The position numbers and the translations under genes were made by a program. A stretch of 60,658 nucleotides of DNA, taken from an uncultured Porticoccus sp. GTDB taxonomy: Bacteria > Pseudomonadota > Gammaproteobacteria > Pseudomonadales > Porticoccaceae. How positions within the stretch are numbered: position 1 is the first letter of the stretch; each line of letters begins with the position of its first letter. The stretch spans positions 3,494 to 64,151 of the forward strand of contig CAZSMR010000002.1 of assembly GCA_964608185.1 (NCBI GenBank), in the 5' to 3' direction. A model generated the notes under the pieces. That model was not told the origin of the DNA, ran no database searches, and worked only from the letters and a program-made list of their open reading frames with translations. Of this stretch, positions 41,175 through 51,566 are shown one piece after another.

Positions 41175-41939
41175 ATGAAAATAGGTATAGTCACATTATT
41201 TCCTGAAATGTTTGATGCTCTACTTAATTATGGTGTAACCAGCCGAGCCTTAGAACGTGGTTTTTTTGATGTCGAGTGCTTCAATCCGAGAAAATATTCT
41301 ACTGATCAGCACCAGACTATAGATGATAGATCATACGGTGGTGGCCCAGGAATGGTGTTAATGATTGAGCCACTTCGACAGTCGATTAATGAGGCGAGAG
41401 AGTGGATAGGAGGCAAGGCCAAAGTTGTTTATTTATCGCCCCAAGGAAGAGTTCTAGATCAAAGTGGCGTAAAATCTTTAGCTGTTGAATGTGATATAAT
41501 TTTAGTATGCGGACGATATGAAGGAATAGATGAAAGACTCATTGAGTTAGAGGTGGATGAGGAGTGGTCTATTGGTGATTATGTTTTGAGTGGTGGAGAA
41601 CTTCCAGCTATGGTGATAATGGACACAATAGTCCGTCAAATCCCAGGTGTGCTTGGTGACAGTAAGTCCGCTGAACAAGATTCTTTTTCTGCAGGTTTAT
41701 TGGATCATCCACATTATACGAGACCTGAGTGTTATGAGAATTTAAAAGTACCAGATACTCTTTTGTCAGGTAATCATGAGAATATCAGGCGATGGCGACT
41801 AATGGCATCTTTAAAAAGAACATTAGAAAGACGCCCAGATTTAATAGCTAGAGTGAAACTTAACGAAGAGCAACAAGAAATACTTGATAGTATAACTAAA
41901 TATGGTATTTCAAGAGAGTCGACCGATGAAAGCGATTAG
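41175..41939 (+). CDS. trmD: tRNA (guanine37-N1)-methyltransferase
   Basis: [36 protein letters not shown]. Confidence 0.98.
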   Translation: MKIGIVTLFPEMFDALLNYGVTSRALERGFFDVECFNPRKYSTDQHQTIDDRSYGGGPGMVLMIEPLRQSINEAREWIGGKAKVVYLSPQGRVLDQSGVKSLAVECDIILVCGRYEGIDERLIELEVDEEWSIGDYVLSGGELPAMVIMDTIVRQIPGVLGDSKSAEQDSFSAGLLDHPHYTRPECYENLKVPDTLLSGNHENIRRWRLMASLKRTLERRPDLIARVKLNEEQQEILDSITKYGISRESTDESD

Positions 41940-42011
41940 ATTGCTATCCTCTCTGTTCGACGCTACTCAAAAAGGTGATGACACCAAATTATAAAAGCTG
42001 AGGAGCAAACA

Positions 42012-42374
42012 ATGAGCGGAAAAAATTCAATTATAGCAGCAATAGAAGCAGAACAGATGACAAAAGATTTACCACAATTTTCTGTTGGTGATACCATTAT
42101 TGTTCAGGTTAAAGTTATTGAAGGTACTCGTGAGCGACTTCAAGCCTTTGAGGGTGTGGTTATCGCTAAGAGAAATCGTGCCTTAAACTCAGCTTTTACT
42201 GTACGAAAAATATCAAATGGTATTGGTGTAGAGAGAACATTTCAGACATACAGCCCACAAGTTGAAAGTCTTTCCGTATCTCGTCGTGGAGATGTCCGTC
42301 AAGCCAAGTTGTACTATCTGCGTGATCTTTCAGGTCGTAAAGCACGCATCAGAGAAAAGCTAAGCACGGAATAA
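42012..42374 (+). CDS. rplS: 50S ribosomal protein L19
   Basis: [30 protein letters not shown]. Confidence 0.98.
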   Translation: MSGKNSIIAAIEAEQMTKDLPQFSVGDTIIVQVKVIEGTRERLQAFEGVVIAKRNRALNSAFTVRKISNGIGVERTFQTYSPQVESLSVSRRGDVRQAKLYYLRDLSGRKARIREKLSTE

Positions 42375-42400
42375 TTTAATACATCTAAATGAAGCAAAAG

Positions 42401-42428
42401 AAAGCGCTATTTATTAGCGTTTTTTTTT
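42401..42428 (+). terminator. Intrinsic terminator of the rpsP-rplS operon
   Basis: AAAGCGCTA-TTTAT-TAGCGT followed by a T run. Confidence 0.8.
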
Positions 42429-42530
42429 GTGTAAAATTGTTAAAATAATTATGAGATATTATTTTTAAGTCTTATTAACTTTATTTCATTACACTTAGAC
42501 TTTAATTTTTTAGGCAATCTTAATAAAAAT

Positions 42531-43433
42531 ATGGCTATACCTAGCGCAAACAAAATAACTATCGATAACTATTTAGATGTTATTTGGATGGAAAAAGGCC
42601 TCAGTAAAAATAGTTTATATTCTTATGGGCGTGACCTAAAAAATTTTTCTCAATGGCTAGAACCTCTGGATATAGAGCTGCTTAGTGCTTCGCGTAGTAA
42701 TATCCAAATGTATCTATCACACCGTTTTGAGCAAGGCTTGTCTGCAAGAACTACAGCTAGGCAGCTATCATGTTTGCGTAGTTTTTATCGTCATTTTTTA
42801 CGTGAAAATATTATCATAGTCGACCCCACAGTATTAATTGATAATCCAAAATTAGGGCGTCCACTGCCTAAGAGTTTGTCTGAGCAGGATATTGAAGCAT
42901 TGTTGGCTACCCCAGACACTGAAGACTCTTTAGGTTTAAGGGACAGAACAATGCTAGAAGTTTTGTATGCTTCTGGGTTAAGAGTCACAGAACTAGTGAG
43001 TTTAAGATTACATGAAGTTAATTTACGTCAGGGAATTGTGAGAGTTTTTGGTAAAGGTAGCAAGGAGCGTCTTGTTCCTTTGGGCGACGAAGCAATGAGC
43101 TGGCTGCAAAAATACATTAAAGACTCAAGACCTATATTACTCAATGGAAAACAAAGCGACATTTTATTCTTAAGTACCAGAGCCCAGCAGATGACGAGAC
43201 AAACTTTTTGGCATCGACTAAAGATACACGTACGCGATGCACATATAGATAAGCAGATTTCTCCGCATACTCTGCGCCATGCTTTTGCGACCCACCTGCT
43301 TAACCATGGAGCTGATTTGAGAGTTGTCCAGTTATTACTGGGCCACAGTGACTTATCAACTACACAAATTTATACTCATGTTGCTAATAGTCGCATGAAA
43401 GAGTTACATACTGAGCACCACCCCAGAGGTTAA
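42531..43433 (+). CDS. xerD: Site-specific tyrosine recombinase XerD
   Basis: LYASGLRVTEL, GKGSKERLVP, HTLRHAFATHLL, LLGHSDLSTTQIYTHV. Upstream of dsbC. Confidence 0.96.
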   Translation: MAIPSANKITIDNYLDVIWMEKGLSKNSLYSYGRDLKNFSQWLEPLDIELLSASRSNIQMYLSHRFEQGLSARTTARQLSCLRSFYRHFLRENIIIVDPTVLIDNPKLGRPLPKSLSEQDIEALLATPDTEDSLGLRDRTMLEVLYASGLRVTELVSLRLHEVNLRQGIVRVFGKGSKERLVPLGDEAMSWLQKYIKDSRPILLNGKQSDILFLSTRAQQMTRQTFWHRLKIHVRDAHIDKQISPHTLRHAFATHLLNHGADLRVVQLLLGHSDLSTTQIYTHVANSRMKELHTEHHPRG

Positions 43434-43465
43434 ACTAAGTGTATCGAATTTTTTTTGGGAAAAAT

Positions 43466-44221
43466 ATGAATTCAAAATCTATCTATCTATCTATCTTAGT
43501 AGTGTTTTTATCGACTTTCTTTGCCGCCTCTACTTATGCAGACAATATTCCGATAGAAATTATCAAAAAAATCAAAGCTACACTTAATCTTTCTCGTCCA
43601 GACTTAAAATTTGGCGATGTCAAAAGAACGAAGATTTCTGGTCTGTATTCAATTAAGGTCGATTCTAACCAGTTCCTTTACGTGGGAGAAACCGGCGAAT
43701 ATTTAATAGCTGGAGATATGTACCAAGCAAAACCCAGAGGTTTTGTGCCTGTTATACCTGCGAGTACATTAGAGATGCGAATTAATATAATCAATGCGAT
43801 TTCGAAAGACGACATGATAATATTTCCTTCATCTGGCGAAGTTAAAAAAGTTCTATATGTTTTCACTGACGTAGATTGTCATTTTTGTCGTAAATTTCAT
43901 AATGATACCCTGCCTGATCTTAATTTGAGTGGTATCGAAGTGCGTTACCTTGCTTTTCCAAGAGCTGGTATTGGATCTAAATCCTACAAAAAAATGGCTT
44001 CTGCTTGGTGCGCCGAAGAAAAAACAAAAGCTTTGTCTTCTTTGAAGAATAGTGAAGCCATCAACGAATACATTTGCGATAATGATCCTGTTGGTCATCA
44101 GTATAGCCTCGGAAAAAAAATTGGAATCACAGGTACGCCTGCAATGTTATTGAAGGATGGGACTTTATTGATGGGTCATCGACCAGCAACAGAGTTACTA
44201 AAAATTATGGGATCTGATTAG
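43466..44221 (+). CDS. dsbC: Thiol:disulfide isomerase DsbC
   Basis: Signal peptide, FTDVDCHFCRK, YLAFPRAG, GTPA. ATG 43466. Confidence 0.93.
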   Translation: MNSKSIYLSILVVFLSTFFAASTYADNIPIEIIKKIKATLNLSRPDLKFGDVKRTKISGLYSIKVDSNQFLYVGETGEYLIAGDMYQAKPRGFVPVIPASTLEMRINIINAISKDDMIIFPSSGEVKKVLYVFTDVDCHFCRKFHNDTLPDLNLSGIEVRYLAFPRAGIGSKSYKKMASAWCAEEKTKALSSLKNSEAINEYICDNDPVGHQYSLGKKIGITGTPAMLLKDGTLLMGHRPATELLKIMGSD

Positions 44222-44271
44222 GCGGATTGAAGGATATTTTAAGTGTTATATATTAAAATCTATTATCAATA

Positions 44272-44300
44272 TTGACACTTACATTGCTGGCCACTATGGT
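44272..44300 (+). promoter_or_regulatory. Candidate sigma70 promoter for hom-thrC
   Basis: Perfect TTGACA (44272-44277), 17-nt spacer, TATGGT (44295-44300). Confidence 0.55.
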
Positions 44301-44424
44301 TGCGAGGCTCCCATTTATAATAAGCTATTGTTTGTTGCAAAATAATTAAAGTGTTGTACTTACACATCTAAAACTAACATGCTTTTTAAGCATATAAACT
44401 AACTTTAAAGCTAGGGCGAATAGA

Positions 44425-45729
44425 TTGAAATCTGTCAGTATTGGTATTTGTGGTCTGGGGACTGTGGGGTGCGGTACAGTTAATGTGCTAAATCGAAACT
44501 CCCAAGAGATAAGAGATAGATTAGGTTGTGAAATTTTAATATCACAGGTTGGATCTAGGCGTGATCCTCAAGATTGTGATTTGGCTGGAATCAGTTTCGT
44601 CAGAGATATATTTACTGTAGCCGAAAATCCAGATATTGATATTCTTGTAGAGCTTATTGGTGGTACTACGGTTGCTAAAGAGTTAGTTTTAAGAGCTATT
44701 CAGAATGGAAAACATGTTGTAACAGCCAATAAGGCTCTAATAGCTGAGCATGGTAATGAAATTTTTTGTGAGGCAAATAAAAAAGGCGTTACAGTTGCAT
44801 TTGAGGCTGCTGTGGCTGGCGGAATTCCTATCGTAAAAGCTATCAGAGAAGGCCTAGTAGCTAATAATATTGAGTGGATTGCAGGAATTATTAATGGGAC
44901 TTCTAACTTTATTTTAACTGAAATGAAGGATAAAAATCGTAGTTTCATTGATGCTTTACAAGAAGCCCAAGAGCTTGGTTATGCTGAAGCTGATCCAACT
45001 TTTGATATAGAAGGTATAGATGCAGCACATAAGCTGGTAATTATGGCTTCATTAGCTTTTGGACACTCTTTTAAGTTTGACAAAATATTTACTGAAGGGA
45101 TAACTAAGATTGAGCCTCAAGATATTATGTATGCCGAGCAACTTGGATATCGTATCAAACACTTAGGTGTTGCTAGAAAAAGAAATAAAGCAATAGAATT
45201 GCGTGTTCATCCAGTATTAATTCCTGAAGAATGCTTAATAGCGAATGTAGATGGGGTGATGAATGCAGTACTAGTTAAGGGTGATGCCGTAGGAGCCACT
45301 ATGTACTATGGATCTGGTGCAGGAGCAGAGCCAACCGCATCTGCAGTGATCGCTGATATTTGTGACCTTACGAGAACAATTGAGTGCAAACCAGAGCAAC
45401 GAATACCCCATTTTGGCTTTAAGCATGATGCTTTGAAAGATACGAGAATACTCCCTATTTGTGAAGTAAAAACTGCTAGTTATATGAGAATTACTGCTCT
45501 GGATGTACCCGGTGTATTAGTCCAGATTACTAAAGCACTAAGCGAGGAAAATATAAGTATTGAAGCTATAATTCAAAAAGAGCCCGCAGCAGATAAGGAG
45601 CATGTGCAGTTGATACTTTTAACTAATAACACTGTTGAAAAATATATTGATGCTGCCGTTGAAAAAATTCAAAGTTTAGATGTAATAACAGGAAATATAA
45701 TTAGAATAAGAGTTGAATCGTTAAGCTAA
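44425..45729 (+). CDS. hom: Homoserine dehydrogenase with C-terminal ACT domain
   Basis: GLGTVG, VVTANKA, FEAAVAGGIP, GIINGT, GYAEADP. TTG start. Confidence 0.96.
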   Translation: MKSVSIGICGLGTVGCGTVNVLNRNSQEIRDRLGCEILISQVGSRRDPQDCDLAGISFVRDIFTVAENPDIDILVELIGGTTVAKELVLRAIQNGKHVVTANKALIAEHGNEIFCEANKKGVTVAFEAAVAGGIPIVKAIREGLVANNIEWIAGIINGTSNFILTEMKDKNRSFIDALQEAQELGYAEADPTFDIEGIDAAHKLVIMASLAFGHSFKFDKIFTEGITKIEPQDIMYAEQLGYRIKHLGVARKRNKAIELRVHPVLIPEECLIANVDGVMNAVLVKGDAVGATMYYGSGAGAEPTASAVIADICDLTRTIECKPEQRIPHFGFKHDALKDTRILPICEVKTASYMRITALDVPGVLVQITKALSEENISIEAIIQKEPAADKEHVQLILLTNNTVEKYIDAAVEKIQSLDVITGNIIRIRVESLS

Positions 45730-45804
45730 TAACGCCATAAATAGTTTTTGTGAAAATAAAAAAATATAAGAAGTAGAAATTAAAAAGTTAAGTAGGTATC
45801 TATT

Positions 45805-47202
45805 GTGAAATACGTCAGTACTCGAGGAAAGTCTCCTGCATTGTCTTTTGAGGAAGCAATGCTAGCTGGTTTAGCCAGTGATGGCGGTTTATACGTGCCG
45901 GAAAAAATTCCTTATTTTTCTAAACACGAAATTTCATCATGGTCAGGTCTGTCGTATCAAGAGTTAGCTTTTAATGTAATGGCTCCTTTTATAGATGGCG
46001 AAGTTCCAGATGAAGACTTAAAAGCTCTCATTGATAAAACCTATAGTACTTTTCGACATGAAGCTATCGCTCCGCTAATACAAACGGCACACAACGAATT
46101 TATTCTTGAGTTATTTCATGGTCCCACTTTAGCCTTTAAAGACTTCGCACTGCAGTTCCTTGGTAATCTTCTTGACTATGTTCTGAAAAAGAAGAATCAG
46201 CGTGTAGTGATTATGGGCGCCACTTCTGGAGACACAGGATCTGCTGCAATTGAGGGATGTCGTCATAGCGAACACTTGGATATTTTTATATTACATCCTC
46301 ATAATAGAGTATCGGATGTTCAGCGCAGACAGATGACGACAGTTTTACAAGATAATGTTTTTAATATAGCTCTTGATGGAAACTTTGATGATTGCCAAAA
46401 TATGGTAAAAAGCAGTTTTGGCAATCAATCTTTTTTACCGGATGGCCGTCAACTCGTGGCAGTTAACTCTATAAATTGGGTTAGAATTATGGCCCAAATT
46501 GTGTATTATTTTTATGCAGGATTGGCACTTAACGCACCACATCGTCAAGTGTCTTTCTCAGTGCCTACTGGAAATTTTGGTGATATATTTGCCGGTTATC
46601 TTTCAAAACGTATGGGCCTACCGATAGATCAGCTAGTCATTGCTACTAATGCTAATGACATTCTTCATCGATGTATTGCCGATAATGACCATAGCCTTCA
46701 GACATTAGTCCAAAGTCTATCCCCATCTATGGATATCATGGTCTCTAGTAATTTTGAGAGAATGCTGTTTGATCTTTATGATCGTGACGGCCACGCTATA
46801 AACATTCTGATGTCTAATTTTAAGTTAGATGGGAAGTTAACTTTGAGTGATTCAGCTTTAATTAAAGCACGTGAACTATTTTCGAGTTATCGATTAGATG
46901 ACAAGGCTATGACAAAGGTGATGTCCAACTTCTTTAAAACAACGGGGTATATTCTGGATCCTCATACAGCTATAGGGATAGACGCCGCTAGAAATGTAAC
47001 CAAAAGGGGCGAAACCCCTATGGTATGCCTTGCCACAGCTCACCCTGCAAAATTTCCAGAATCGGCTCGTAAGGCTGGATTTGATTGCGATCCAGAGCTA
47101 CCTCGCTATATGTCAGACTTGTTCGATAGGAAAGAAGAGTATTCCGTGTTACCCAATAGTATAAAAAATGTGCAAAAATACATAGCAGATAATATTTCCT
47201 AG
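45805..47202 (+). CDS. thrC: Threonine synthase
   Basis: YVSTRG, ELFHGPTLAFKD (PLP Lys), ATSGDTG, VPTGNFG, ATAHPAKF. GTG start. Confidence 0.97.
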   Translation: MKYVSTRGKSPALSFEEAMLAGLASDGGLYVPEKIPYFSKHEISSWSGLSYQELAFNVMAPFIDGEVPDEDLKALIDKTYSTFRHEAIAPLIQTAHNEFILELFHGPTLAFKDFALQFLGNLLDYVLKKKNQRVVIMGATSGDTGSAAIEGCRHSEHLDIFILHPHNRVSDVQRRQMTTVLQDNVFNIALDGNFDDCQNMVKSSFGNQSFLPDGRQLVAVNSINWVRIMAQIVYYFYAGLALNAPHRQVSFSVPTGNFGDIFAGYLSKRMGLPIDQLVIATNANDILHRCIADNDHSLQTLVQSLSPSMDIMVSSNFERMLFDLYDRDGHAINILMSNFKLDGKLTLSDSALIKARELFSSYRLDDKAMTKVMSNFFKTTGYILDPHTAIGIDAARNVTKRGETPMVCLATAHPAKFPESARKAGFDCDPELPRYMSDLFDRKEEYSVLPNSIKNVQKYIADNIS

Positions 47203-47259
47203 CTGAAGTATTCTAAGAGCATTTTTTAATAGCATCGAGCACATAGTCGAAAACTTATT

Positions 47260-47946
47260 ATGAATTTACGGAATACACTAAAAAATATAGGTTTACCCCA
47301 AGCAGTATTTTTATCTATATTAATCCATAGTGCATTTCTGATGAACTTTGAACATAAACTTCATCCAAAAATACAAAAAGATTTAGATGTAAGTTTTATG
47401 CCTGCAATCTTGGAGACTTCTGATCCTGTAATTCAAAAAAAATATATACCACTGACTAAGCATACATTAAAAAAATCTATGCAACAGAAAACGATTTTGC
47501 CTGATGAAAGCCTGTTGACTGAAAAAGAAGTCAAAAAAAATATAGCCAAAATGGAGGTAGAATCAAAGAAGCAAAAAAATCGACCACCTGAGCCGCCAAT
47601 TTTGCTTAAAAGTGATAAAATAACCGGAAAACCTGGGGCAGACCGAGTAGCTGTTAATAAATTTATCGATTTATTATCCAAGCATATTGCTAAATTTCAA
47701 CGATACCCAAGACATGCTCAAAGAAGAGGTTGGCAGGGCAAAGTAGTTTTAGAGATTAGGCTCACAGGATCAGGTGTTTTGATCGAAAAAAAAATTAATA
47801 TTTCTTCAGGCTTTAAGGTTTTAGATAATGAAAGCTTAAGCATGATTGATAGGGCATTACCATTACCATTGCCTTTAGGAGTGCTGAAGGAAAAAATTAT
47901 TACAATGTATGTACCGATAAGGTTCACCTTAAATAACAGTTACTAA
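47260..47946 (+). CDS. TonB-family energy transducer
   Basis: TM helix with SILIH, and a TonB C-terminal domain YPRHAQRRGWQGKV..SSGFKVLD..VPIRF. Confidence 0.88.
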   Translation: MNLRNTLKNIGLPQAVFLSILIHSAFLMNFEHKLHPKIQKDLDVSFMPAILETSDPVIQKKYIPLTKHTLKKSMQQKTILPDESLLTEKEVKKNIAKMEVESKKQKNRPPEPPILLKSDKITGKPGADRVAVNKFIDLLSKHIAKFQRYPRHAQRRGWQGKVVLEIRLTGSGVLIEKKINISSGFKVLDNESLSMIDRALPLPLPLGVLKEKIITMYVPIRFTLNNSY

Positions 47947-47958
47947 AAGGAACTACCT

Positions 47959-48558
47959 ATGATTCTGCAGGTCATTGAGAGCGCTGGTTGGCCAATCTGG
48001 TTATTGATTTTTACTTCGATTGCAGCACTATCTATTATAATAGAAAGAGCATGGTTCTTAAGGGAACAGTCGGTTATTCCTAGAGATTTAGTTATGACTG
48101 TCAAGATGATGGTTGATAAAAATAATATAAAAAGAGAAGAGCTAATGCAGCTCTGTCATGGTAATTTTTTAGGTGAAGTTTATTCTGTTATTTTAAAAAA
48201 TTCAGATCACACATCTAAACAAATAAGAGCTGAACTCGAACAAGTAGCAGATAATATTAGATATCGTTTAGAAGTGAATTTGTCGTATCTAAGCACAATT
48301 GCAACTATTGCTCCCTTGTTAGGTTTATTTGGAACAATCATTGGGATGGTTGAGCTGTTTGATTCATTCACCGCAGGTGGGAGTGATGTCTCAGCTTTTG
48401 CAAACGGGATCTCAATTGCTTTATATAATACAGCAGCTGGAATTTTGGTTGCAGTGCCAGTGATGATTGCATATCGTTTTTACAAAATAAAAGTCGATCA
48501 TCGGCTCAACGAATTAGAACTACATGCTAATTTATTAATAGCCGAAATATATAAGTAA
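47959..48558 (+). CDS. MotA/TolQ/ExbB proton channel protein
   Basis: IIIER, IAPLLGLFGTIIGM, GISIALYNTAAG. Confidence 0.92.
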   Translation: MILQVIESAGWPIWLLIFTSIAALSIIIERAWFLREQSVIPRDLVMTVKMMVDKNNIKREELMQLCHGNFLGEVYSVILKNSDHTSKQIRAELEQVADNIRYRLEVNLSYLSTIATIAPLLGLFGTIIGMVELFDSFTAGGSDVSAFANGISIALYNTAAGILVAVPVMIAYRFYKIKVDHRLNELELHANLLIAEIYK

Positions 48559-48570
48559 GGAATTAATACT

Positions 48571-48987
48571 GTGAATTTTAGGAAGCATAATCGTTCTGAC
48601 GACCCAGAGTTGAATTTAATCCCTTTGATTGACGTGTTACTAGTGATCATAATTTTTCTTGCTGTAAGTACTACATTTGAGAATTTTAGCGAACTTAAAG
48701 TTAATCTTCCTATTGCCGAGTCTAGTTCGTTAAAATCAAAAGATACACCTATCATTGTTACTGTCTCGAAGGATGGAAAGTATGCGATTAATGACGAACT
48801 ATTGTTAGTTAATTCGACCAAAGGACTTGAGGTTGCACTCCTAAAAATGCCGCTGAGTGATGTGCAAAAAACTACGCTATTAGTTAATGCTGATGGCCAG
48901 GCAGATTATCAATCAATTATTAGTGTAATGGAGGCTTCGCGAAAAGCAGGATTCACTAAGATCAAATTCTCTACTAAGAAAAATTAA
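48571..48987 (+). CDS. ExbD/TolR family protein
   Basis: LNLIPLIDVLLVIIIF (TM Asp), NLP, VNADG..VME..AG. GTG start. Confidence 0.92.
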   Translation: MNFRKHNRSDDPELNLIPLIDVLLVIIIFLAVSTTFENFSELKVNLPIAESSSLKSKDTPIIVTVSKDGKYAINDELLLVNSTKGLEVALLKMPLSDVQKTTLLVNADGQADYQSIISVMEASRKAGFTKIKFSTKKN

Positions 48988-49055
48988 TTATTTCTTCAGC
49001 CCTATCAGCGTTAAATTAAAATAATTATGCGCATACCCAAAATAGGCCTATAGCT

Positions 49056-49409
49056 ATGAATTTAAAAAAGTACTTAAAAATTTTAAAGAAAAACCCAGCT
49101 AATATTTCTTTTCAGGATACTATTGCTACTATCGATGAATATTATGATTATCAGCCAATAGGCTTTACAAATGGTAAAACTCTGAATGAGAGGGGTGAAA
49201 ATAGTGGATCTTGCAAAATTTTTTCATTTGGCCAGTTGCATAAGTTGACTGAATTACAAGTTCTTCAGTGTTTCGGAGATTTCTATAGAAAAGATGTGTT
49301 GAAAAACCCTTCTGGAGTCAGTCACCAAAATATAAGAAGTTTTATTAAATTTGGGTGGCTAGGCATTGAATTTAGCGGAAAATCTCTTACTCTAAAGCAA
49401 CCTAGTTAA
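49056..49409 (+). CDS. HopJ-family domain protein
   Basis: F.DTIATIDEYY, GENSGSCKIFSF, CFGDFYRKDVL..P.G.SHQNIR.F. Confidence 0.85.
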   Translation: MNLKKYLKILKKNPANISFQDTIATIDEYYDYQPIGFTNGKTLNERGENSGSCKIFSFGQLHKLTELQVLQCFGDFYRKDVLKNPSGVSHQNIRSFIKFGWLGIEFSGKSLTLKQPS

Positions 49410-49461
49410 AAAATAGACTAGATCTTCAAAATAAACTTTAAATCAATTTAAGATTAAAATC

Positions 49462-49728
49462 ATGGATATAAAAAACGAGGCACGTAAGCACCTATTATTT
49501 TTTTTATTAAAGGTAATGGATGATAGTTATACGCAAAACGAATTTGAAAATTTTTTCATTCTGACTTATCAGGATACTGATCTTGAAACAATACGACAAC
49601 TAACCCTTAAAATTATAAAGCCATCTTACGAATCCAATATTTTTAAGAGAAAGCAAATTTCGTCTGAAGATAAAGTTTGGATTGAAGGAGTAATATCTGA
49701 TCTTAAGTCTGCTTCTGTGCTTGAATAA
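49462..49728 (+). CDS. Hypothetical protein (88 aa)
   Basis: ATG-started ORF filling the gap between two co-oriented genes in AT-rich DNA. No motif recognised. Confidence 0.55.
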   Translation: MDIKNEARKHLLFFLLKVMDDSYTQNEFENFFILTYQDTDLETIRQLTLKIIKPSYESNIFKRKQISSEDKVWIEGVISDLKSASVLE

Positions 49729-49805
49729 TAGATCCATTTTCTATTCAGGACTAAAAGTCTTTAAGGCTAAATAATTTTAGGTTGAGACGTTCATGAGGTA
49801 GTCTA

Positions 49806-51566
49806 TTGAAAAAAGCTGTAAGTGTTAAGAGAAGCTTTAAAAACCGTGAATTAAGTTTAAAGCATAATAATTTTGAAAATGAACTCTCCAGTTTACTCAA
49901 AAGAATATACTTGGGTCGAGGAGTTTTTTCTGATGCGGAACTAGATCTTTCTCTAGAAAAACTCCCATTACCAGAAGGTTTTAAAGGTTTAAAAGAAAGT
50001 ATAGCTCTCCTAGAGCAGGCATTGATCCAACAGCAGCATGTGCTAATAATAGGAGATTTCGATGTTGATGGAGCTACTAGCACAGCCCTTGTTATGTTGG
50101 CTCTGCGTGCAATGGGACTAAAAAATTTAGATTTTATAGTCCCCAATCGTTTCAAATTTGGCTACGGTTTAACCCCAGGCATCGTTTTATTAGCAAAAAA
50201 AAGTAACCCTGACCTGCTTATTACTGTCGATAACGGCATATCTAGTATTGACGGGGTCTCTGCTGCAAAAGCAGCAGGAATTAAAGTCCTGATAACCGAT
50301 CACCATCTACCAGGATCAGAATTACCGGCTGCAGATGCCATCTTAAATCCAAATCAGTATGATTGTGATTTTCCAAGTAAAAACCTAGCTGGAGTTGGGG
50401 TAGCTTTTTACTTATTAGGGGCTCTTAGATCTAAATTACGAGATACCGGCTGGTTCAAGAAAAAATGTATCGCGGTTCCAAGTATGACTCAATGGTTAGA
50501 TCTAGTTGCGCTTGGAACCGTAGCAGATGTTGTTCCTTTTGATCATGCTAATAGAATACTGGTTCATCAGGGTTTGCTTCGAATTCGTTCAGGGCAATTA
50601 AGACCAGGAATTCAGGCATTGTTAGACTTAGCAAAAAAAGATCACAAAAGGTTAATTGCTAGCGATTTAGGTTTTGCTTTAGGACCTCGTCTTAATGCTG
50701 CTGGACGTTTAGATGATATGAGTATTGGTATTGCCTGCTTGATAGAAAATAATCCTACGATTGCAAAAAAGTATGCTTTGCAGCTCGATCAACTGAATCA
50801 TAATAGAAGAAAAATTGAAGCAGATATGCAAGAAGAAGGGTTAGAAACTCTCGACCGTATTAATATAGATCAGAAATCATTGCCTTGGGGAATTTGTTTA
50901 TTTAATAGTAAGTGGCATCAAGGTGTAGTTGGTTTACTTGCATCAAGAATTAAGGATCGTGTGCATCGACCTGTTATTGTCTTTGCAGATGCTGGTGTTG
51001 AAGGTACTGAAAAAGAATATAAGGGGTCTGCTCGTTCAATTCCTGGATTACATATTAGAGATGTTTTGGAGAGCATTGCCACAGCCCATCCTGAGTTAAT
51101 AACAAAATTTGGTGGCCATGCTATGGCCGCAGGACTTAGTCTTAAATCAACTGACTATACTGCTTTTTCTCAAGCTTTTGATATTGAAGTTAGGCGCCAG
51201 TTAACCCCATTTGATCTAGAGTCTGTAGTTCTTTTAGATGGAGAGCTAACTTCAGAAGAATTAAGTCTAGAAAATGGGCTGTTAATTAGGGGATCAGGTC
51301 CTTGGGGTCAACATTTTCCAGAACCACTTTTTAGAGGAAAATTCTATATTATTAGTCAGCGTATCGTTGGTGAGAAGCATTTAAAGCTGTTACTTTCTTT
51401 GACGGATCAGGGGCAACAGCCGATAGATGCAATTGCTTTTAATGTAGATATGGATTTCTGGCTAAGCTCCAAAAAAGAAAGGGTTGATATTGCTTATAAA
51501 GTAGATGTTAACTTTTGGAAGGAAAGAGAATCATTACAATTAATAGTAGAGTTTTTTATTCACTAA
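49806..51566 (+). CDS. recJ: ssDNA exonuclease RecJ
   Basis: GDFDVDGATS, PNRF..GYGL, TVDNGI, TDHH, GTVADVV, PRLNAAGRL, GGHAMAAG. Confidence 0.97.
   Translation: MKKAVSVKRSFKNRELSLKHNNFENELSSLLKRIYLGRGVFSDAELDLSLEKLPLPEGFKGLKESIALLEQALIQQQHVLIIGDFDVDGATSTALVMLALRAMGLKNLDFIVPNRFKFGYGLTPGIVLLAKKSNPDLLITVDNGISSIDGVSAAKAAGIKVLITDHHLPGSELPAADAILNPNQYDCDFPSKNLAGVGVAFYLLGALRSKLRDTGWFKKKCIAVPSMTQWLDLVALGTVADVVPFDHANRILVHQGLLRIRSGQLRPGIQALLDLAKKDHKRLIASDLGFALGPRLNAAGRLDDMSIGIACLIENNPTIAKKYALQLDQLNHNRRKIEADMQEEGLETLDRINIDQKSLPWGICLFNSKWHQGVVGLLASRIKDRVHRPVIVFADAGVEGTEKEYKGSARSIPGLHIRDVLESIATAHPELITKFGGHAMAAGLSLKSTDYTAFSQAFDIEVRRQLTPFDLESVVLLDGELTSEELSLENGLLIRGSGPWGQHFPEPLFRGKFYIISQRIVGEKHLKLLLSLTDQGQQPIDAIAFNVDMDFWLSSKKERVDIAYKVDVNFWKERESLQLIVEFFIH

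Noticed and set aside
42531-43433. Tyrosine recombinase as a phage or island integrase
   Set aside because: The sequence and xerD-dsbC context identify chromosomal XerD. No att repeats, tRNA or cargo genes are nearby.
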